IMG/VR virus record: IMGVR_UViG_3300031867_006616 | Location: 1-31,863 of that record | Reading direction: 5' to 3' (one strand) | Length of the DNA stretch: 31,863 nucleotides | DNA from: a virus | Shown: in pieces, positions 6,962 through 11,196 of the stretch | Position numbering within the stretch: position 1 is the stretch's first letter | How the letters are laid out: every line of letters begins with the position of its first letter | Notes under the pieces: generated by a model | Seen by the model: the letters and a program-made list of their open reading frames with translations, nothing else | What the model was told of the DNA's origin: nothing | Database searches by the model: none | Position numbers and translations under genes: made by a program

Positions 6962-8823
6962 CCAAGTTCGTATATAGGATCTGACTTCATCAATGTTTCA
7001 AAAAACAATTCGCTTTTCTTGGTTATCTTGCGATTTTCATCTATGAAGTCTTGGAGTTCATCTTCTATTCCACGATAGTTTTTCAAGAGTAAGTCTTTGC
7101 CTTTTTCAAGATTATCTCTTGAAAAGTTTGGTTCTATCCTATTGACTTTGCTACCATCGTAGAGATGCCCATTGATTGCATATACTGGTGCTTTGTTATC
7201 CTCACCTATGCAGATTAAGTAGTTATTGTCATATAACTTCCTTATCTTCTGCTCAATATCATTACGATTGGTACGATACCAACTTCTGCTACCACATTCG
7301 CTTTTCAAGTATCTTGTAGTGAAAAAGTATTGATGTTCATCGGTGTTCTCTGAAAGCCAATCCACATCTTTACTGCCCTCTAATGTACCAACATTGAACT
7401 TGACAGTTTCCTCATAATTAGCAGTAGACTTGCTATTGCCAACATTGTAAACATCGAAGTTACTGAAGATACCATTTATGAGTTTAACTTCATTCGGTAG
7501 CAAGTTGTTATTGTTATCGAAGATGGTTAGTGCAGTCCTTACATCTTGCTTACTTGCCAATAGTAGTGGATGTTTTTCACCATACTCTTCGTGATAAACA
7601 CACTTACCCTTGTTAAGTGTACAACTCAATTTCAAGATAGAATTGAACTCATCAACTTTCCTATTGAAGTCATCGATAGTTCCGATATATTCGACAATGT
7701 CATACATATAAAGGTCAAACATATCCACATCGGTTTTTTCATTTGCAAGGAAATGAACTAATCCTTGAACACTCTCTGTATCCCTTTCAACTTGTTTAAT
7801 CTCATTAGCATATGACCCTTGATTATTCATAATTGATTTGAAAGTTACCAAATCCATAGGGTCTACGAATGGTGGAGTAATGATGATTGACCTACTCTTC
7901 TCTTGCTCATTGATTATATCTTCGTGAGCAGTAGTGTAAGCCAAACAAGGATAACCTTTTACCCATTGCTCTTCAGTAACATTTTCATTACTGTTATCCA
8001 CTACACCTCTTTCAATATAACCATCAGTAGAAAGTTGTTTCAGTAAATCTCTCATATCAATCGTGTTCTGATCTGAGTTCGATCCACCCAAGTCCCCTAT
8101 ATAAAAAATGTGTCCAGTAAGGTCTTGGTGGTTATATTTCCTAAAGAAATAAGCCACACTTTTAGCACCATAATGAACTCTTTCTTGTGGTATGAATTTC
8201 AAGGCAGTTTCAAGGATATGACTTTTACCACTTGCTTGGCTTCCTACTGCGATTACATTAGTTCCCTTGTATCCAAGATAGGTTTGCAAGAAACCAAAGA
8301 AAGCCCTTAACACTTCAATGGTTAATCCAACACCTAACCCATCACAGATTTTCGTAATGAACTCCAATGGTGTAAAACCTAACTCAATACATCGCTTACT
8401 GAATTGTTGATATAATGGTGGGTATTTCCTACCCATTTGGATAAGTTGTTTTATCTCATCAATTTCCAGTTGCTCATCACTTGCTTTCTCTTTGGCTTCT
8501 TGAAAATTGCCACAAACATTGCTACGAAGAGTTTCAAGGTCAGACAATATCCTTTCAATATACTCAACCTTATACTCATCAGATGACATTCCAAGACTTG
8601 ACTCATCTTGTCGCATAAGTTCCAAGATGTCATCGTGTCTGATTTTCTTTTCCAAGTATTGTATGACTTTTTTCCCACTATTCTGTTTGGTGAAATTAGT
8701 AATCTGCTTATCACTTGAAAAGAGAATATCCTTTCGCTTACCACGAATAGTAATGATGTTATATTTCTTGGCAGAAGTAGGAACTATATCCATTGACAAA
8801 TGCTCTGTAACTTTAACTGCCAT
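6952..8823 (-). CDS. P-loop AAA+ ATPase, MCM-like putative replicative helicase
   Basis: Walker A GSQASGKS, Walker-B-like FYIGDLG, LKQLSTDG...V.G...TT...EQEKSR (putative arginine finger). Adjacent to the primase. Confidence 0.65.
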   Translation of the reverse strand: MAVKVTEHLSMDIVPTSAKKYNIITIRGKRKDILFSSDKQITNFTKQNSGKKVIQYLEKKIRHDDILELMRQDESSLGMSSDEYKVEYIERILSDLETLRSNVCGNFQEAKEKASDEQLEIDEIKQLIQMGRKYPPLYQQFSKRCIELGFTPLEFITKICDGLGVGLTIEVLRAFFGFLQTYLGYKGTNVIAVGSQASGKSHILETALKFIPQERVHYGAKSVAYFFRKYNHQDLTGHIFYIGDLGGSNSDQNTIDMRDLLKQLSTDGYIERGVVDNSNENVTEEQWVKGYPCLAYTTAHEDIINEQEKSRSIIITPPFVDPMDLVTFKSIMNNQGSYANEIKQVERDTESVQGLVHFLANEKTDVDMFDLYMYDIVEYIGTIDDFNRKVDEFNSILKLSCTLNKGKCVYHEEYGEKHPLLLASKQDVRTALTIFDNNNNLLPNEVKLINGIFSNFDVYNVGNSKSTANYEETVKFNVGTLEGSKDVDWLSENTDEHQYFFTTRYLKSECGSRSWYRTNRNDIEQKIRKLYDNNYLICIGEDNKAPVYAINGHLYDGSKVNRIEPNFSRDNLEKGKDLLLKNYRGIEDELQDFIDENRKITKKSELFFETLMKSDPIYELGWL

Positions 8824-8861
8824 AAGTTATCACCTAAAAAAAAAGCAAAGAACCTCTGAAA

Positions 8862-9416
8862 TTAGAGATTCTTTGCAATAGGGTACATTTTACCATTCTT
8901 GTTTACACCACAAAAGATATGGGCTTCGTATCCCTCAAGGGCTTCTTCAAGTTCCTCAACAGTAAACTTGATCCCACCAGTAAAGTCTGATGGTAATTCA
9001 CCACTTGAAATAAATACTGGTCTTACAAATTCTGCAAGTGCAGAATTGCCACCACATACAAGCACATTTTCCTCTTCCTCATCGTGATTGCAGAAAAGGA
9101 AAAATGTAACTTCTTGAGCATCATCGATTATTTCAATTTCTTCGACTTCATTGCCCAAGTTATCCTCAGTCATTACAACTTTGCCATCATCATCAAGTTT
9201 CCTTGCACGACATTTTTCCATATCATCAAGGATTGACATCTTAAGGGTGAATAAGGTGTATTTACCATATTTACCATCTTTTTCGGAAATATAAATTTTT
9301 TCTACACCACAATGCACACCATCTTTCTTGTGCCAACTTTTTACACTTGAAAGAAAGGTATTCATTGTTACTCTATCTTCATCGAATGAAGATTTTTCTT
9401 CTAACATTTCTACCAT
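8862..9416 (-). CDS. Acidic protein, candidate ssDNA-binding/replication accessory protein
   Basis: AGGTGA RBS 5 nt before ATG 9416 (the track's start at 9425 lies inside the RBS). Acidic, beta-rich, and first protein gene of the replication cluster. The SSB function is a guess from position only. Confidence 0.4.
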   Translation of the reverse strand: MVEMLEEKSSFDEDRVTMNTFLSSVKSWHKKDGVHCGVEKIYISEKDGKYGKYTLFTLKMSILDDMEKCRARKLDDDGKVVMTEDNLGNEVEEIEIIDDAQEVTFFLFCNHDEEEENVLVCGGNSALAEFVRPVFISSGELPSDFTGGIKFTVEELEEALEGYEAHIFCGVNKNGKMYPIAKNL

Positions 9417-9449
9417 TTTTTTCACCTCTTGAATAAATGTATAATTGTA

Positions 9450-9479
9450 ATCATAGGCAAGACTAATTTAACCTATGAT
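9450..9479 (-). other. Stem-loop directly 3' of tRNA-like element E4
   Basis: ATCATAGG (9450-9457) / CCTATGAT (9472-9479), 8-bp stem. Confidence 0.5.
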
Positions 9480-9532
9480 GGATAAGGCATAAAGGAATCG
9501 AACCCTTACAAATGGAACACCAGTTTGCCTTA
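9479..9532 (-). ncRNA. tRNA-like element E4: anticodon-less mini-tRNA with encoded 3' U-CCA
   Basis: Minus strand UAAGGCA-AACUGGUGUUCCAUUUG-UAAGGG-UUCGAUU-CCUUUA-UGCCUUA-UCCA. This gives a 7-bp acceptor, 17-nt connector, 6-bp T-stem (one G-U), canonical T-loop, and discriminator plus CCA. Confidence 0.75.
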
Positions 9533-9558
9533 CAAGGTTGATATTATGAATAGATTTA

Positions 9559-9605
9559 GAACAAAACTGTTCAAGGATGGGGAAAATAAGCAAAAACCCA
9601 TCCTT
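9559..9605 (-). other. Two back-to-back hairpins in the E3-E4 spacer
   Basis: GAACA/TGTTC (9559-9572), immediately followed by AAGGATGGG (9573-9581) / CCCATCCTT (9597-9605). Confidence 0.55.
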
Positions 9606-9608
9606 AAA

Positions 9609-9658
9609 GTGCTTGGGTAGGAGTTGCACCTACTGGATCAACTGTCTTGACCAAGCAC
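9609..9658 (-). ncRNA. tRNA-like element E3: anticodon-less mini-tRNA
   Basis: Minus strand GUGCUUGG-UCAAGACAGUUGAUCCA-GUAGG-UGCAACU-CCUAC-CCAAGCAC-U. Perfect 8-bp acceptor, 5-bp T-stem, 7-nt T-loop variant, and a 17-nt connector with a UCAA/UUGA hairpin. Confidence 0.7.
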
Positions 9659-9680
9659 GAGAGGTCTAAATTATGAAGTG

Positions 9681-9703
9681 CCACTACCCAAGTTGGGTAG
9701 TGG
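9681..9703. repeat. Perfect 10-bp hairpin
   Basis: CCACTACCCA-AGT-TGGGTAGTGG. Confidence 0.85.
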
Positions 9704-9820
9704 TAGCAGTAACTCCTTTAAAAATTTTAAAAGGGGAATAATTGATTTATATGAGTTTTTGGGGTGATTTAACAATATGAACAAAGATTCGTGTTTGGAG
9801 TTACTGCTACCACTATCCAA
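9693..9820. repeat. 24-bp inverted repeat (1 mismatch) flanking an 80-bp AT-rich segment
   Basis: TTGGGTAGTGGTAGCAGTAACTCC (9693-9716) versus GGAGTTACTGCTACCACTATCCAA (9797-9820). Confidence 0.9.
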
Positions 9821-9987
9821 CCGAATAGGTTGGTGATAAGGTTCGGATAATAAAATAATTAATCTTTTAATCAATTTCTGCATTATTTTAATAATTCCAA
9901 TTATGATTACTCATACGAAACCTTATCAAGAGTATTCATTATAGAAAATTATCAATTCTCATATAGTTTTCATATGTATTCTATAAT

Positions 9988-10021
9988 ATGGTAGTTTAAT
10001 GGTGTTCTCCACCACTACCAT
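9988..10021. other. Bulged hairpin
   Basis: ATGGTAG[TTTAA]TGGTG-TTCTC-CACCA-CTACCAT. It is followed by T5 on the plus strand, so it could act as a plus-strand terminator. Confidence 0.5.
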
Positions 10022-10045
10022 TTTTCCAGTCAATGACCAGTCATC

Positions 10046-10117
10046 CAGTTGCAATAATCAAATCGAAAGTTAATCTATATGTCATAATCACATTAATTAT
10101 CTAAAAGATTGCAACTG
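10046..10117. repeat. 10-bp inverted repeat directly 3' of element E2
   Basis: CAGTTGCAAT (10046-10055) / ATTGCAACTG (10108-10117). Confidence 0.65.
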
Positions 10118-10120
10118 AAA

Positions 10121-10190
10121 GCCATTGGCAAGTGTCGAAACTTGCAGTTGGAAAAAAATGTAAAAGCCAACTTGCCGAACCATCAATGGC
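10121..10190 (-). ncRNA. tRNA-like element E2 (70 nt, three-way junction)
   Basis: Minus strand GCCAUUG-AUGGUUCGGCA-AGUUGG-(15-nt U-rich loop)-CCAACU-GCAAGU-UUCGAC-ACUUGC-CAAUGGC-U. A 7-bp acceptor is stacked on a 6-bp stem with a UUCGAC loop. There is no D-stem. Confidence 0.55.
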
Positions 10191-10272
10191 AACCATTTCT
10201 CTATTATCTCCCACTAATAACACCTTTAATATAAGAACCAATAACGATTGGTTAAGTCATCATTGATCCAAT

Positions 10273-10321
10273 GAGCGATGGTGGGAATCGAACCCACCAA
10301 GACAATCACCAGTTATCGCTC
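10273..10321 (-). ncRNA. tRNA-like element E1: anticodon-less mini-tRNA
   Basis: Minus strand GAGCGAU-AACUGGUGAUUGUCUU-GGUGGG-UUCGAUU-CCCACC-AUCGCUC-A. Perfect 7-bp acceptor, 6-bp T-stem, canonical T-loop, 16-nt connector. Confidence 0.75.
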
Positions 10322-10345
10322 TGATTTTGATTAATTATGGAGGAA

Positions 10346-10480
10346 TCAAATTGTAAAAATTGTAATTAAAAATAAAAATGATATGCACCATACAAGTGAT
10401 ACACAAGCAACTATCTTGAAATCTCTTGTGCGAACTTTCACCTTGTTATCCTTTTGTGGATACAATGTTTTAGGTTGCAT
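10346..10480 (-). CDS. Small membrane peptide, 44 aa (not in ORF track)
   Basis: MQPKTLYPQKDNKVKVRTRDFKIVACVSLVWCISFLFLITIFTI: basic N-terminus and C-terminal transmembrane segment. TAATG coupling to the upstream ORF. Confidence 0.6.
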   Translation of the reverse strand: MQPKTLYPQKDNKVKVRTRDFKIVACVSLVWCISFLFLITIFTI

Positions 10481-10596
10481 TATTTACCACCTTTGTAATC
10501 TTTCCTCTGTAATTTGAGAATTTGTACAAAAGCCTTATACTCATCAGAACTTAATCTGATGTCTACAAAATTAGCAGTCTTGTTTTTTACTTGCAT
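10480..10596 (-). CDS. Small basic protein, 38 aa, first gene after the early promoter (not in ORF track)
   Basis: GAGGTGAAATAATT-ATG. MQVKNKTANFVDIRLSSDEYKAFVQILKLQRKDYKGGK has a possible RHH-like beta-strand/helix. Confidence 0.65.
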   Translation of the reverse strand: MQVKNKTANFVDIRLSSDEYKAFVQILKLQRKDYKGGK

Positions 10597-10619
10597 AATT
10601 ATTTCACCTCTTCCTTACT

Positions 10620-10652
10620 GCAAAGTGTTTCAAGTACCAGTTGAAACCTTGC
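10620..10652 (-). promoter_or_regulatory. 5' leader hairpin with 7-nt loop (GTACCAG on plus, CUGGUAC on minus)
   Basis: GTTTCAA-GTACCAG-TTGAAAC (10627-10647), extended by GCAA/TTGC. Lies between the predicted TSS and the RBS. Confidence 0.6.
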
Positions 10653-10677
10653 TTGATAATACTTATTCACTTCATCC

Positions 10678-10691
10678 TTTATAAAGTTTGC
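10678..10691 (-). promoter_or_regulatory. Archaeal promoter (BRE + TATA) for the leftward early operon
   Basis: Minus strand GCAAAC-TTTATAAA, about 80 nt upstream of ATG 10596. The TATA itself is palindromic, so orientation is inferred from the A-rich BRE side. Confidence 0.6.
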
Positions 10692-10704
10692 TATCAAAAT
10701 AGCA
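10689..10704. promoter_or_regulatory. Palindromic operator candidate TGCTAT-N4-ATAGCA
   Basis: Perfect 6-bp inverted repeat overlapping the BRE of the early promoter, with an extra ATAGCA half-site at 10731-10736. Confidence 0.5.
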
Positions 10705-10710
10705 TTATTG

Positions 10711-10733
10711 AATTATATACTACAATATATATA
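10711..10733 (+). promoter_or_regulatory. Candidate TATA boxes for the rightward RHH gene
   Basis: TTATATAC (10713-10720) and TATATATA (10726-10733), upstream of the GGTGA RBS and ATG 10805. Confidence 0.4.
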
Positions 10734-10804
10734 GCAGTTTTGTTTTGATTTGAATATAAAACTATAAAACTATCAAACAATATAACAATAAATGGTGATA
10801 ATAT

Positions 10805-10978
10805 ATGACTAAAGATGACAGATCCATACTATACATACGAATTGATAATGAAATGAAAAAAAAGTTAAAATTAGTAAGTGTCTATGAAGAGGTAAGTGTA
10901 ACTGATATTGTTGTTGGTTTTATACAATATGGGTTAATGAAATATGAGAATGAGCAAACTCTTATAAGTAATAAGTAA
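10805..10978 (+). CDS. Ribbon-helix-helix (CopG/Arc/MetJ-type) transcriptional regulator, probable repressor (not in ORF track)
   Basis: GGTGA RBS. MTKDDRSILYIRIDNEMKKKLKLVSVYEEVSVTDIVVGFIQYGLMKYENEQTLISNK has the alternating ILYIRID beta-strand followed by two helices. It is the only convincing plus-strand gene. Confidence 0.8.
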   Translation: MTKDDRSILYIRIDNEMKKKLKLVSVYEEVSVTDIVVGFIQYGLMKYENEQTLISNK

Positions 10979-11056
10979 TATATTATTATAAGTGCAATCG
11001 GATTATATTATTTCACCTCTCCTTACGAAATAACTATTTTTCTATTTGCACTATCG

Positions 11057-11091
11057 GTAGGTGTAGAGTACCAGTCTGCACCTACTTTTTT
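11057..11091 (+). terminator. Hairpin plus T6, probable terminator of the RHH transcript (loop GTACCAG)
   Basis: GTAGGTGTAGA-GTACCAG-TCTGCACCTAC-TTTTTT. The 11-bp stem has a U-G pair that works only on the plus strand. Confidence 0.6.
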
Positions 11092-11171
11092 ATTCTATTT
11101 TTTGTGGTATTTAAAAAAAGTATTAGAGAGCATTTGGAAAGTAATATATAACGATTGTTATATTGAACATT

Positions 11172-11180
11172 AAAAAAAGA
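11172..11180 (-). terminator. Oligo-T terminator candidate for the integrase
   Basis: T7 run on the minus strand about 20 nt after the integrase stop. Confidence 0.4.
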
Positions 11181-11196
11181 GAAGAGAATGTTGATG

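Noticed and set aside
9693-9820. MITE or transposon end interpretation of the 24-bp inverted repeat
   Set aside because: There is no flanking target-site duplication and no transposase in the window.
9671-9883. 70-aa minus-strand ORF through the inverted-repeat region
   Set aside because: There is no AGGTGA-type RBS, and it runs across both arms of the repeat and several hairpins. Not called as a gene, though its C-terminus is the frame that an inversion would use.
10257-10263. Box C motif AUGAUGA in the E1-E2 spacer (possible C/D guide RNA)
   Set aside because: No CUGA box D occurs on the minus strand in the following ~65 nt before E2.
9479-10321. Canonical tRNA genes, or attP-type tRNA 3' fragments
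   Set aside because: No element forms a cloverleaf with a D-stem and a 7-nt anticodon loop. A simple attP remnant would carry only the 3' half, whereas each element here has its own perfectly complementary 5' acceptor strand. A BLAST against host tRNAs would close this point.
9430-11190. CRISPR mini-array or solitary repeat unit
   Set aside because: No regularly spaced direct repeats are present. AAAATCAGA just 5' of E1 (10328-10320) recalls the start of a Methanobacteriales repeat as I remember it, but 9 nt in AT-rich DNA is not significant.
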